Made by a program: the position numbers and the translations under genes. Of a DNA stretch of 64,000 bases, positions 15,173-28,980 are shown piece by piece; the stretch's first letter is position 1, and each line of letters begins with the position of its first letter. The notes below the pieces were generated by a model. That model was not told the origin of the DNA and did no database searches. It saw nothing but the letters and a program-made list of their open reading frames with translations. Where the stretch lies: assembly GCF_009914755.1 (NCBI RefSeq), contig NC_060928.1; one strand, written 5' to 3'. The DNA comes from the human T2T-CHM13v2.0 reference genome, Homo sapiens.

Positions 15173-16037
15173 CTAGTAGACACAAAGTACAAATAAATCC
15201 TTTGTTTACTTGAATAAACTGTGCTCATGAATGGAACATCATGTGGTCTTTTTCTCCTTTATCTTATTTTCATTGTTCTTTTCCCTATAAGATAGCTAGA
15301 ATTTTAAACTATCTAGTCTTACCCCTTCTCCATTGTTATTATTTTTATCATTAATTAGAACAATGTGACATACATTGTGCTTGTCATCTGACTTAGTCCC
15401 TTTAAGTAATATCAAACAAAATAACGTTCTTAAAAAAATGACAGCTGTTTTCAATACTCTCAAAATACTGCTCTTCTGTAATGAGACTATATATCATTTC
15501 TGAGTTTGAGTTACTAAACTCCAAATAATAAGAGAAAAATTGGTTGTTTCAACACTTTTCCTACTAAGAGTATGCTAGTGCTTTCATAAATGTCAAACCA
15601 TACCCTGCCATTATACTTAAGGTACTGTTATACTTAAGGTGCCGATATTAGCTTAAGTGGGGTACATAATGTAACAGAAATTGATATAAATCAGGAGAAC
15701 AAGGTAACCTGTCTTATAACTCTGGAGTCATATATCTAAACTGACACAATTTCAGAAAGCTGTGTAACCCTGTTTGCCCTCTGTAGCGAATATATCATGA
15801 TGCAGAGAAACTGAAGTAGAGAAGTTTCTCAGAGTCAATGGTTATCAGTGATGTCATGTACTAAATATGAGGTATTCATTCCTTCATCTGCCTGGGGTCA
15901 GGAGTAGGGACCTATTTATTTATTTGTTTATTTTTATAACTTAAGACAACAGAAGCACAAAAGTAAAAAAATAAAAAAGCAGAGCAGAAGTAAACAACCA
16001 TGGCATCAGTCCACATAATTCAATATGTCAAGAGTTA

Positions 16038-16160
<123 letters not shown>

Positions 16161-16422
16161 TTAATCTAAAGACATGTGTGTTTAATGGGTTATACTGTAG
16201 AACATGATCTTGAGCAGGCAGTAACATCTAGAATGAATAGTTCAGTGTGCTCTTTTAAGAATAATTTAGTGAGCTCCTTCAGGAACTTGAAGACAGCACC
16301 TCTGTGCAAGTAGTCCCATCATCTGAATTCTCCTAGAATGCTTACTCTGCATACCTAGCTTTGTATATCAAACACATTTACCATAACCCACTGAAGTAAT
16401 GACTGGTGACAGACATTGGCCA

Positions 16423-16795
<373 letters not shown>

Positions 16796-17353
16796 TGAGT
16801 TTCCTCACTACCACCATCACTCTCTCCATGACCCCTGCACACATTGCTATGACATTATTTGTGTCCTTACTACTCAGGGCTGCTTCTTGATTTCTCTTCC
16901 ATAAACTTTTGTTGAGGTTTGCACTATCAATTGCTTATGATTTTTTTTCTCTTGAAAAGATTTCATAGTTGGTCTCAGATATTCATCGAAAAAAAAAAGG
17001 ATGGAAAAATCAAATCACATCCAATACTCCCATTTTACAGATGAGGAAACTGCTGAAACATGCCCAATGTCATAGAGCCAGTCAATGGGAAAGCCAGAAC
17101 TAAACTTAGACTTCCAGACTCTTGCTATGTGAACAGTCCAGCCCACAATGCTGCCGATCCTCTTATAAAGTTTAAGCATGCAGTAGTAACACATTAACAG
17201 GCATAATCAGTAATTTCTAAATGATTGAGAAACACTGACACCGGGGCTCATGTGCATGAGATATTTCACCAGTGCTTGGATTATAGATCACAAAGTGAGA
17301 GAAAGAGCTAGTAGTGAGGCTGGGGGTGGAGAAGAGCCAAATGACCATCAAAT

Positions 17354-17740
17354 GAGGCTGTCTTCAAGGACACAGGCTCCAAGTCTTGCTGGGCTCTGTC
17401 ATTAATGTGTGCCTCTGACCTCATACGAACTCACAAAGTGGCTGCTTTGTCCAAGGCATCATATCCACATTTCAGGCAAAAAGAAAGGGAGGAGCAAAAG
17501 CCAAAAGGCTTTCAGAGAGGTCTCACCTTTCTATTTAAGAAGGAAACCTTCTCAGAAATTCCCACCTGCAGTTCATTCACCAGATCTATGCTACTTGGCC
17601 ACTCCTAGCTGCAAAGAGGTTGGAAGTTGAGACTTTTGTTTCCAGCTTTGATAAAGTGAAGAATAGGAGAAAGTGAGTTGGATGGTGTTGATGAACCAAC
17701 TTACAGTACATGCAAACTAGCCTACACAATCACTCTGTTC
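17354..17740 (-). repeat. Inverted partial copy of the LTR segment at 20432-20826
   Basis: Colinear reverse-complement similarity; paralogous spurious ORFs 17409..17630 and 20570..20770. Confidence 0.88.
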
Positions 17741-18199
17741 CATTATCTGCCTGATTTTGTACAGGTTGATAGCCTTGCCTAAAGGGCTTATATTACCTAG
17801 TCCTTTCTCTTTGAACTTATTTCAGTTCTCTCTTTAGCCAAACTTTTTTTTTTTTATACCCAATATGCTCTTCCATTTCAAACCTCCACACTTGGTCCAA
17901 GGTCCACATGGTGAAGGGCAAGTTACTCCTATAGGCAACAGCCACTGAAGGATTTATGGAAAGGGTGTGAAATGATCAGATTCGTATTTTGGAAGGACTG
18001 CTGTGGAGAACATACCTGGGCAGGAGCATGGGGTGCCATTAGGAGGCTGCTAGGGTTATCTAGTGGGGGCGCTGGTGAAATAGCAGGGCTGGAGAAAATA
18101 GCAGGGATGGAGAGATAGGTGGATTGGAGAAGTGTTTCAGAGATGAGATAGGTAGGACCTGATCACCAACGTGGCTAATTTCAAAGAAATGTTATTTGC

Positions 18200-18759
18200 C
18201 CAGTGTTTTGCAGCTATGAATTCAAACCTAGGCCTTCTTGTTGCAGGTCCAAGGGAAGATCTCATGGCATTGTCTCATGGTACTCAAAGCCCTGCGGGCC
18301 TCTCTAAATCCCCACTGTGGCACCAGGAGCCTGTGCCTCGCAGACCGCTGACCCCAGGAAGTAATGGACAATGAGGCGCAGCTGCTGCTGCCTCTCTGGG
18401 TTTGTGCTGAGGCCACCTTCTCGGGGCCGTTACAAGCCAGTGCCTGAGCATGCATGCTTACTAAGGCAGACTCATTTCTGGGAGACATAGACCTCCTCCC
18501 CAACGGATGACTGGCTAGAGAAGCTCCTTATTACCTTGCTGAAGTTCTCTTAGACTGCACAGCTGTCTGGGATGCTTCCACTCAACCTGGTTTCCTTCTT
18601 TTCCTCCCTCGCGGGTGGACTTGCATCGAGGTCTGATGGCTCTCACAGCCTTACCTAGTTCTCTCCTCATTCTCTCTCACAACAGCATTTCCCCTAATAA
18701 AATCCATGCATATTTAATTCTATCTTGGAGTCTGCTTCTTGGAGGAGCAGACTAACACA
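18200..18759 (+). mobile_element. LTR16-like ERVL LTR
   Basis: 3' end aataaaatcc...tcttggagtctgcttcttggaggagcagactaacaca. Confidence 0.6.
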
Positions 18760-19673
18760 ATTATGTAAGAACTGGCTCCAGGGATCAGCTTATAATCACT
18801 GACTTCCTCTGAGTTTGTCCACATTTTTTAGGCGATGGGGAAGCTTGGCTTTAACAGTGCCTGACCTACTTTGATGCAATGAATTTTTGCTTTTTTACTT
18901 CTTACACAAAAGATAAACATGGAATGTTTATCATTTCAACATGGAATGACAGTTTCTAAAGTATAACTTTAGAAAGATATACTTTATCCTCCTTGAATCC
19001 TAAGCATGGTGCACAAAAGCTATTTTACAACACTGTCATTAGTGATATTGGGTGTATGGCCCTGTAAAGCCTCCAGTCAAAGGTTTTGCTAGGAATCTTT
19101 GCCAACCGAAGAAGCACTTCCAGAACAAATGCCGAAGCACAGAGCAGCCTTTCTACGCACTCTGAAAACCTCCTCTTAGCTGGCCTTCCTGTCTTTCTGG
19201 GACCAGATTTTGGGGTCAAAGCCTTAACATTTGATAAACTGTAATCTCAAACTAAAACAGATTTCTTTGAGAAAATGAGAGCAAACACGGCCTGAAATGG
19301 TAAAACAAGGCACCTCTCAATATATCCAATGTGAAAACCATACATGTTGGCTTCCTTAGTCCAAAAGTTAGAATCAAAATGTTGATTTTTGATTAGCAGA
19401 GACACAAACAGCATATTCAGGAAGCCATTGTTTTCAAGAGCCAGGAAGAAAACTCTTCACTTAGGATACCGTAAGAATCCTTTTTTCTTGGGCTACTTTA
19501 TAAAACATACATACCACAGAGTTTCAGGCTCTTTAAAAACCCATCTTTACACTGATCTAACTGCTCAGATTAATTTTGAAACAGGCAACGTGCAGAAAAA
19601 AACAACATCTAAAAATTAAACCTCCCCTCTTTCCGTTCTAAAGTTTCATTTCAAAAGTATTAGGAAATCTTAC

Positions 19674-19745
19674 TTTAAGCAGCGAGCTGATGGCGTTCTC
19701 CAGAACTCGGTTTGAGCAACAAACTTGAGACAACCTTTGTCTGGA
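19674..19745 (-). other. BDH2: BDH2 non-coding exon 1 (5' end approximate)
   Basis: GTAAG donor at 19673-19669; resembles the recalled BDH2 5'UTR; promoter motifs immediately upstream. Confidence 0.75.
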
Positions 19746-19767
19746 AGCAAGTCAAGCGCTTAATAAT

Positions 19768-19787
19768 GCATGCTGGGATTTGTAGTT
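19768..19787 (-). promoter_or_regulatory. ZNF143/THAP11-type SBS promoter motif
   Basis: Minus strand AACTACAAATCCCAGCATGC matches the ACTACAnnTCCCAGnATGC consensus. Confidence 0.8.
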
Positions 19788-19838
19788 TCCCTGCTTTCAG
19801 AGTTTAGTGGCTCCATCCATACACTTTATAAATGTATG

Positions 19839-19856
19839 TGCTGCCATCTAGTGGAA
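19839..19856 (-). promoter_or_regulatory. CTCF motif
   Basis: Minus strand TTCCACTAGATGGCAGCA matches CCASYAGRKGGCRS. Confidence 0.7.
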
Positions 19857-20467
19857 TTCAGGTAGAACTATGAATTCCAAGTGGAAGGTGAAAAGTGGAA
19901 AAGCACCTTAGAGCTTACTTAGGATGCGGAAATCATTTCCTTCACTTCAGTCTCTCCACTTCTCTGTTTTGTTTATGCCTACTATATGCGGTGCCAGGGT
20001 AGACGAGATTGGCTGAGCTGGAAACTGCGTGTGGAAGATAGCAGAGCAACAAAATAGAGGGAACCCAGGTCACTGAAAATTCTGGAGCCTTCCTGTCACT
20101 TGGCCTGGATTGTTTTAAGGGAGAGAAATAAAAAAAAAAATCCTTTTTGTTTGAGATACAGTTGTGATTTTTATTTTTTCATGCTCAGAATATTCTAACA
20201 CTAATGCACATTTAGTGGCAGAATGCCAGGAGCCTTTTACTACACTGGGAATGGGGTTGGGGAGAACGTGAAACTTGGATGACAGGGTGGAGGCTTAAAA
20301 GGGAACATGTTAACAGCGAAAAACCCCAGTTTGGCTGAAGAGAACAGAGATATAAGGTCAAAAAGAAAGGACTAGATCTCATGAGCCCTCTAGGTTAGGA
20401 TAGCAACATGTGCTTTATCTGTAGTGCCAGTGAGCAGAGTGATTGTGTAGGCTACTTGTACATGTAC

Positions 20468-20923
20468 TGTATAAATTGGTTTCCTCAGCACCCATCCAAC
20501 TCACTTTCCCCTTTTTTCACTTGTCAAAGCTGGAAAACAAAAGTCTCTACTTCATAGCCTTGTTTGCTGCTAGGGGTGGCCAAGCAGCATAGATGTTGCC
20601 AATGAAATGCAGGTGGGAATTTCTGAGGAGGGCCTCCTTCTTAAATAGAAAAGTAAGCCCTTCTGAAAGGCTTTTAGCTTTTGCTCCTCCCTTTCTTTTT
20701 GCCTGGAATGAAGATAGGATGCCGTGGGACAGAGCAGCCATTTAGTGAGTTCATCTGAGGCCAGAGGCACACATTAACGACAGGGACCAGCAAGAGAAGG
20801 AGCCTGCGGCCCTGATGACAGCCTCAAGGCAACAACTCCTCTGGACTTCTTATGTGAGGACAATAAACTTTAGTGTTTTTCACGTTTTTTGTTACATGGA
20901 GCTAAGTGATTTCTAACAGTCAC
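20468..20923 (+). mobile_element. Old ERVL/MaLR-class LTR (LTR33/MLT1-like)
   Basis: TG...CA ends, gctgctaggggtggcc motif, ctctggacttctt...aataaac...tttgttaca tail. Confidence 0.55.
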
Positions 20924-21798
20924 AGGGGATAAGAACAAAGACTGTGGCGTCAGTAAGACTAGAGCAAGTCCCATATCTCTCTCTCACTAGCTAAGTGAGT
21001 AAATCACTTAAATCTCTGAACCTCTTATGTTTCTCATCTGTAAAATGAAGGTAAAATAGCACCTACCTCAGGGATGTGGTGAGGAGGAACGACTAAGCCT
21101 GTGAATCCATCAGCACAATGTTTGCCACACAGGTGCTTAATACATGTTAGTGATTCTTATGATGAAGACATTGTTGGAGAAATTTAATTATAATGGATGG
21201 TAAAAGTTGCGCTTTTTAATGTTCTTTTAAAAACTGGACTTAGTTTCTGCATGTGTCTATATGAGGTCTATGGTAAAATTGTCCCTCCTTGTTCATTGTT
21301 TCAGCAACTTCTAATGCTGGCTCTAACAATCTGTAATCACATCTAGCTTTGTTCCTGCTTTACTAATAATGCCCTTTGACTTTTGAGGCTTTTGGAACAG
21401 ACTTTATGAGAGTTCTCTAATCAAAGCCAACTCCAATGCTTCTTGATGTAGCTTTCTTCAGCATCCCTCTGTAATCTTCAGCAACAATGCTTACTTGATA
21501 ACAGCCTAAGTCACATGGTATTGCAAATACTTGCTTACCCATTAGTATTCTCAGCAGACTAAATTTCTTCAAGGGTGGGGACTATGTTTTACACCTTTAC
21601 ATTGTGATTAGCTCGTATTAAAAGAGTATTAGTTACTTGTTTTCTTATCTACAATATGAGTTCCACATTGGTAGTGCCTTTCAGTGCCTAAAACAGTAAT
21701 TGGCAGATAGTAGATGCTCATTAAATATTTGCTGAGTGAATGGCAGTTTCTTAATAAGTTTCCTGAATATAATTCTGCCAGGCTCTCAAGACAATGTT

Positions 21799-22728
21799 TG
21801 TGATAATTAATTTTAGGTGTCAACTTGACTGGATTTACGGATCCCCAGAGAGCTGGTAAGCATTATTTCTGGGACATCTCTGAGTGTTTCTGGAAGAGAT
21901 CGGCATTGGAATCAGTGAACTGGGTAAGGATCTACTTCACCCAATGTGGGCAGGCACTATCCAATTGGCTGAGGGCCCAGATAAAACAAAAAGGCAGAGA
22001 AAAGGTGAATTCTCTCTCTTCCGGAACTGGGACATCCATCTTCTCCTGCCCTTGGATACCTGAACTCCGACCAGATTCTCAGGCCTTCAGACTTGGACTG
22101 AGCCACGCTCCTAGTTTCCCTGGCTCTCCAGCTTGCAGACAGCCTATGGTGGGACTTCTCAGCCTCCCTAATTGTGTAAACCAATTCCCCTAATAAACAT
22201 CCTCTCTCTCTCTCTCTGCATATATATATATATATATTTTTTTTTTTTTCCTCAAGCTTCAGTGGGGTTACATCCCAATAAGCCCATTGTAAATTGAAAA
22301 CATTGTCAGTTGAAAATGTATTTAATATACCTAATTCACTGAACATAGAGCTTAGCCGAGCCTACTTAAATGTGCTCAGAACACTTGTTAGCCTACAGTT
22401 GGATAAAATCATTTAATACAAAGCCTGTTTTATAACAAGGTGTTGACTGACTCATGGGATTTATTGAACAGAGTACACTGAACAGTGTCAGTTGTTTACT
22501 CGTGATCCCGTGGCTGACTGAGAGCTGTGTCTTGCCGCCACTGCCCATGATCACAGTAGAGTATTGCTATCTTATGAAGAGATCAGAATTCAAAGTAAAG
22601 TTTTCACTGAATGCGTATCGCTCTCACACCATCCCTAAAGTTGAAAAATCTCAAGTTGAACCATGACAAGTTGGTGACCATCTGTGTATATTCTATTGGT
22701 TCTGTCTCTCTGGAAAATCCTAAGACAG
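21799..22728 (+). mobile_element. MLT2 LTR with nested Tigger4/MER46 (~22250-22685)
   Basis: tgtgataattaattttaggtgtcaacttgactgg start, ttggttctgtctctctgg end; Tigger4 ggggttacatcccaataagccc. Confidence 0.85.
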
Positions 22729-22851
22729 ATTTTGGTAACAGGAGAGGTTCTAGAGGAACAAAATTTTAAGGATGAGTTTCCTGAGTTGGTTTTGGGGTTC
22801 CTGGAATTGGCTCTTAGTCTGATTAGATTTGAAAATGCTAAAGGCTCTACT

Positions 22852-23098
22852 CTTTGAGATGGGGTCACACTCTTGAACAGGTTGGAGTGCAGTGGCACCA
22901 TCATAGCTGACTGTAGCCTTGAATACCTGGGCTCAGGCCATCCTCCTGCCTCAGCCCTCCAAATTGTTTTTTTTTGGTAGAGATGAGGTCTCAGTATGTA
23001 GCCTAGGCTGGTCTCAAACTCCTGGTCTCAAGTGCTCCTCCTGCCTCAGTTTCCCAAAGTGTTGAGATTACAGGGATGAGTCACTGCGCCCAGCCTGG
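22852..23098 (-). mobile_element. Alu (AluJ-like, internally deleted)
   Basis: Diverged Alu arms. Confidence 0.85.
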
Positions 23099-23154
23099 CT
23101 CTCCTTTTAATAGTACAGAGAGCACTGATTGTCCAAGAAATGAACTGTTCATAG

Positions 23155-23532
<378 letters not shown>

Positions 23533-23897
23533 CTATAATACTTTCAAATATTTATGGAAAACTAAGAAATATACCAATGTTGGTTGGTTGCTTCTAATAT
23601 TGTTGGGCAAAATTATTTAAAAAAAAAAAGGATGACTTCAGGGATTCAAATTCATGGCTCAAGCTCCACATAAGTAACCTAAGAGCTTATAGGCGTGCCC
23701 TGAAAGAGGATCTTCTCTCCTGTAGACATGAGGCTAAAATTGCTGAAAATCAAACACCAGTCTTCATCATTTGATTGGTGCAATTACAAAAGGCCTCAGT
23801 GTGTCTACTGGTAAAATAAGCCACAGTGACTGGGAGAGTGAGATTCTATAAGTTGGGATGGGGACGTGTGGGAAGACCCTGAAGCCAGGAACATTGA

Positions 23898-24196
23898 GTT
23901 TTTTTTTTTTTTTTTTTTTTTCAGTTTCACCCTGTTGGCCAGGTTGGAGTGCAATGGCATGATCTCGGCTCACTACAACGTTGACTTCCAGGGCTCAAGT
24001 GATCCTCCCACCTCAGCACCCCCGAGTAGCTGAGACTATGGCCATAAGCCACCATGCCAGGCTAATTTTTGTATTTTTTGTAGAGACGGGGTTTCACTAT
24101 GTTGCCCAGGCTGGTCACGAACTGCTAGGCTCAAGAGTCCCACACCTCAGCCTCCCAAAGTGCTGGGATTACAGGTGTGAGCCACCATGCCTGGCC
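23898..24196 (-). mobile_element. Alu (AluJ-like)
   Basis: Full dimer with poly-T. Confidence 0.92.
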
Positions 24197-25699
24197 AGTT
24201 CCTACATTCTGATGAGTTTTTTTTTTTACCAGCTGTAGTGGCCTCTCCAACCTCATTGGGGTTGGTAATGGCCTTTCCACCTTTGTCTGAAGGGTTAACC
24301 CTGCATTGCCTGAGGAAATAATAATGGCCTCCCCTGAGGCAGCTGCCAAGCAAGACAATGCTGATTCTCCTCAGGACCTACCCCCACCACCCCTCTATGC
24401 TCCTAGACCTATAACTAGACTCAAGTCCCAGCAGATCCCTAATGTGAGGTACAAAGTGTGGCCCATGAGGAGCTGCATCACAATCAAAAGAACCACTTGA
24501 GTTTTCTAACTTATATAAGCAGAAATCTGAGAAAAATGTGTGGGGATATTAAGGGTGTGGGATAATGGTGGCAGCAAAAGGGACAGAGCTTATTTGAAGA
24601 AATAATGGCCACAAACTTCCCAAATTTGAGGAATAAAATGGACACCCAAATTCAAAAGTTAAGCAATATTCTACTAGGCTGGCTACCTGACAACTAGATT
24701 TTTAATGGCTTTAATGTAGTTTTATCAATCAGGTAAACAACCACTACTTTGGGTTACTTTTGTTCAGTGGAGAAGCAGACATAAAGAATCAAACCTGCAG
24801 GCATGTTAGTGTTTTGTTTGGATAAGGGTGGAAAGCAGAAGACAGACTCTCAAGGTACAGGTCTGGGGGAAAAGATTTTAGGAAGGGATAGTTTCCCCTT
24901 AGTCTTTGTTAATTCCTTTGGTGGTATGTTAAGATACGGAGAAATATCCAATCCACAGACTTTGAAATACTAGATATGATGCAATCAATAATCTCTCCCT
25001 TTGAATGAATCTTACCAAAGAGCCGAGAATGACTTGAAATCACTTTACCTCTGTTCTATAACCTAATGCAACTTGTTTTAAGTGGTTTTTCAAAGTCATA
25101 TGGTATAAAAGTAATATCAAATATCCTCTAAAACCATAGTTCTTAGATTTTTACAGGATCACGGGCCCCTCTAAGAATATGATAAAACAAAGTATAAACC
25201 CCAGTATCCCCTCCCCCCAAATAAATCCACACAAAAAAGTTCATAAAAAATTTCAAAAATTTTACAGATTACAAGAAGTCCATCCATATATGCTTTATCT
25301 ATCTGTGGGGACTCCAGGTTTAGAAAACTTTACTTTGATAAAAACTCTGGTACTGTTTCCTTATGTCTACAATGAAGAGGTAGAATAAATGATCTATAGG
25401 TTCCTCCAGGCTGGGAGTGAGGGGCAATGAAAAACAAAGTCTATAATAAACCAACCAATTTAGAGAGTTTGTATAGGGATTGGGATAGGTAGGTTACCAG
25501 AAATGTGAGAAAGAACTTCTGTGGTTATTACAGTAAAAGGAATATTAGAACTGGAAAGTTAAGAGGACATAGCCTCTGCTATCCTTTAAGAATTTAAATC
25601 CAGATCCAGAAAACTTGTGTATATTTTCATAGCAAAATACTGAGTCAACAAGAGAGACTACCTCACCAAGAAACCATTAACATTATATAGAAGAGCGGT

Positions 25700-26112
25700 G
25701 ATTCAGAACTACTAAACATTTATTGAATGTGTAAGGTATTAAAAACATTTACAATTTTGTTAATAAAATGATGTTTTATATTAATGTATGTATTATGCTT
25801 TGGAATATGCTAAGTCATGTAGATAACTTTACATTTCTTTCAATAACTTTATTCTTTACAAAATATACAAATAAATAAAACAATTCAACTTTTAAAAGTA
25901 TTACCATATGCAAGAAGAAGGTATTGCTATCACCATTCTAAATTACCACAATGCATTCATTTCCTGTTCCCTTATCTTTCAACTCTAGTGGCAAAGTAAA
26001 GACTGAATTGAAATTAAGCTGCACTACAACATCATTACCAGGGATAGACACATAAACAAAGTCATTTCCAAATAAGGAATGCTGGATCTCCAGAGAAGTG
26101 ACAAAGAGGAGT
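25700..26112 (-). other. CENPE: CENPE 3'UTR (end approximate)
   Basis: Follows TAG stop; AATAAA hexamers at 25724-25719 and 25853-25848. Confidence 0.8.
25719..25724 (-). terminator. CENPE: CENPE polyadenylation signal AATAAA
   Basis: tttatt on + strand, ~390 nt past the stop codon. Confidence 0.75.
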
Positions 26113-26207
26113 CTACTGAGTTTTGCACTCAGGCACATCCTTGCCTGAGGAGGCGTGCCAAGGACCTGGCTGAGAATCCACACTCTCTGCTCCTGCATTT
26201 TGCACCT
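26113..26207 (-). CDS. CENPE: CENPE last coding exon (EVQNAGAESVDSQPGPWHASSGKDVPECKTQ*), CAAX box
   Basis: 95 nt incl. TAG, ctcag acceptor, phase 1; known CENP-E C-terminus CKTQ. Confidence 0.97.
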
Positions 26208-26989
26208 CTGAGAAAGAAAATGAAAACAACATTCATCCTATTACAAAAATACACAAAAACCAAGCACAGCTGGAAGTGGAAAGGAGGTTAAGACAGGAGA
26301 GATGTGAAGAATGAAAAATGGCAACGTGATTCACCGTGTTTGGTCATGAAGATGGTGTATTTCACCTCAGAGTTGGAGAAGTTTACTCCCCATTTTGTCC
26401 TAAAATGAACTATTAGACAAACCATAGTTAAACTGAGAGGTAATAAAGTTTTATTTGGAATTCTTCAATTTGAAATTCAAAGTGAATCAAACACGGGCTG
26501 ATTGAGTTTTCTTTTGTCCTGTTTTTCAAAATAAATGGTGTGCTAAACAAATAGTATTTTAGAGAATATTTAATCATCTTTGGAAAGCTTTCTGTGAGCC
26601 TTTAAAAAGGACTTTAGCTGCATCTATTTGCTTATAAACAATATTTATTTTACAATTATTATATTTATAAAAGTAAATCTACCATAACTGGTCTTGGCAA
26701 TTACCTTAGTTTAAGGTAATTTAGATTACCTTTTATAATTAAAAGTAAAAACTCACATTTATTTTTTTAAAGACTGGTATTAATTCAAGCTGGGACTATC
26801 TCATTTAATTCTGAATTGGTCAGTTTTTGATTTATGTATTCTTCTAGGCTACTCTTTTATTTATCTAAAAACAGTACCAGAGAGATCCACATATTAAAAA
26901 AGGACTCAAACATTTTTATTTGCAGTTTGATGAATTCACATTATGCATATGCCTCTGGCACTAGCAGACAAAATCAAAAGGTGATTACA

Positions 26990-27087
26990 GCTGGGTGTGG
27001 TAGCTAGCATGCACCTGTAGTCCTTGATGCTTAGGAGGATTGCTTGAGCCTAGGAGTTCAAGGCCAGTTTGGGCAACATAGTGAGAG
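26990..27087 (+). mobile_element. Alu monomer fragment
   Basis: ggaggattgcttgagcctaggagttcaaggccag. Confidence 0.75.
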
Positions 27088-27529
27088 AGTTCCATGCAAG
27101 TGTTAGCTAGCCAATAGAAGGTCCTTAAATGTTTGTTAAATACTATTTAATGAAGAGAATATTTCAAACATGTTTTTATTCCAAATGTTTCTGTGCCTAC
27201 CTATCTCCCTAAGAACACTTTTAGACTGTCAACTTGATCTAATTTTGATGTAGTTGATGAGAATGGATAGATTTTTTCTTAATCACAAAGTAGAGGTTTA
27301 TAAACTCTGGCAAATAGTGCTCAAGGTTTTAAATGATTTGGCAACTGCCTTTCTTACTGTACAATTTTGTTGCTTTAGATTTCTACAGTTGCATAACAGG
27401 GTACCTCTGGTAGGGTAGGCAGACACACTGTCACAAAGGGCTGTGCACAGTAGATGCTATGTGGTGAGAAAGACTACAAGAAATGCCGTGTTACCGTTTC
27501 TCCTGCAAGTCCCCCCACTTCTGTGGACA

Positions 27530-28310
27530 ACCTCCATGCAGAGCTGGGGGTGATCCTTGATACCTCCCCACTCCTTTGTTCAATCAGGTGCCTGGTGTTG
27601 CTGATTTTACTCCAAAATCTCTCCCGTCGGTCTACTTCTCTCCTTCTCTACTCCAAGTCCACACTACCATCATGTCTTGTTTAGACAACAGTCTAACTCC
27701 TGCTCCTATTATTTGCTGGTCACCTTAGAGACGAGGTGATGTTTTCAAAATGTATAACTCATGTTCTCCTGCCATTGCTTAAGATCTTTCAAAGGCTTCC
27801 TCTACACAATAAATGAAACAATTCCTTTATATAATTTATAAAAGTCCAGCATTTCTGGCTCTTATTTCTCTCTTTGGCCTCACTGACTTCACCCACACAA
27901 GCTTGTACTCACTGTGCTCTGACCACACCATATTTCTTTCAACTCTTCCCCTGGTCATGTTCCCACCTACCCTAACGCTGTTGCTGTTCCATCTGCCTGA
28001 GATGTTTTTCCCTCTGCTCTTTATTAAGATAACTCATGTTAACCTTTTAGATCTGATCTGTTTCCTTCCTCAATACTCCTCAAATACTTATTATATTTCT
28101 CATAGTCTTTTGTACTTGCACTGCTATAATTTCACTTTTTTTTTTTTTTAATCACTTGATTACTGTCTGTATCTTCCATGAGAATTAAGCTCTATGAAGG
28201 CAGGGATCATGTCTGGTTTTGCTTATCAATGTGCCACCAGGATCTAATCCTTAACACATAGTAGGGGCTCAAAACAATTTTATTGACTGAATAAATGAAT
28301 AAGTAAATGA
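27530..28310 (+). mobile_element. L2 3' region
   Basis: aagctctatgaaggcagggatcatgtctg, cacatagtaggggctcaa, tgaataaatgaa tail. Confidence 0.7.
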
Positions 28311-28693
28311 TTCATCTATTATCTGGCTTGGGTAAAGTAAATATAATGCTATTGGATATTTTGGTCCATTGAATTGATAAGACTTTTCAGTAAAAGTTGC
28401 TTTTTAGGGTAGTATCTTCATGTCCTTGAGAAAGTTGCTTGTCTCTCTTTGGACGAAACTAAAGGCTTAAAGGGTAGACTAAAGACTTCACTTGGGGTAA
28501 AAGTGAATTGCACTTCACTGTGTGGGGTGCCTTGGAGAAATCAACTTTCTTACAGAGTCAGCAAATGAAGCCTGTCATTGTAGCTTACTCAACTAAATCA
28601 TCTCTTATCTAAACTTGCCCTTTGGGATCACATATTAATGATAAGTTCCAACTGTTACCCTCTGATTTCCAAGTAACCAGTATATTTACTTAC

Positions 28694-28980
28694 CTGGACA
28701 AAGGCCTAAACTTGAGTTATCAAAATAGCGAACTGGATGAGGTGATGGTAAAGACTTTGATCGGCTATCAAAAAAACAAGATTTTGGTGATTCCTTTGGC
28801 ACAGGATCTTGTAAATTCCGTTCCTTGCATTGAGAGGGTGTAATTTGTTTCTTTTTAGAAGCTGTTCCAGTCACTTTAGGAGACTTTGGAGAATTCTCAC
28901 AAGTTACTTGTTTGTGAGCCTCTCTTTTAAGGGTTCTTTCCTTCCAAGTTTTGACCTCATTGGAAAGATGCTGATTATTG
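28694..28980 (-). CDS. CENPE: CENPE exon n-1 ([20 protein letters not shown]...SSLGLCP)
   Basis: 287 nt, ttaag acceptor, GTAAG donor; ORF 28686..29090. Confidence 0.95.

Noticed and set aside
17405-20770. Paralogous small ORF pair (17409..17630 and 20570..20770) as a microprotein family
   Set aside because: By-product of the inverted LTR duplication; two overlapping frames are equally similar, so there is no coding signal.
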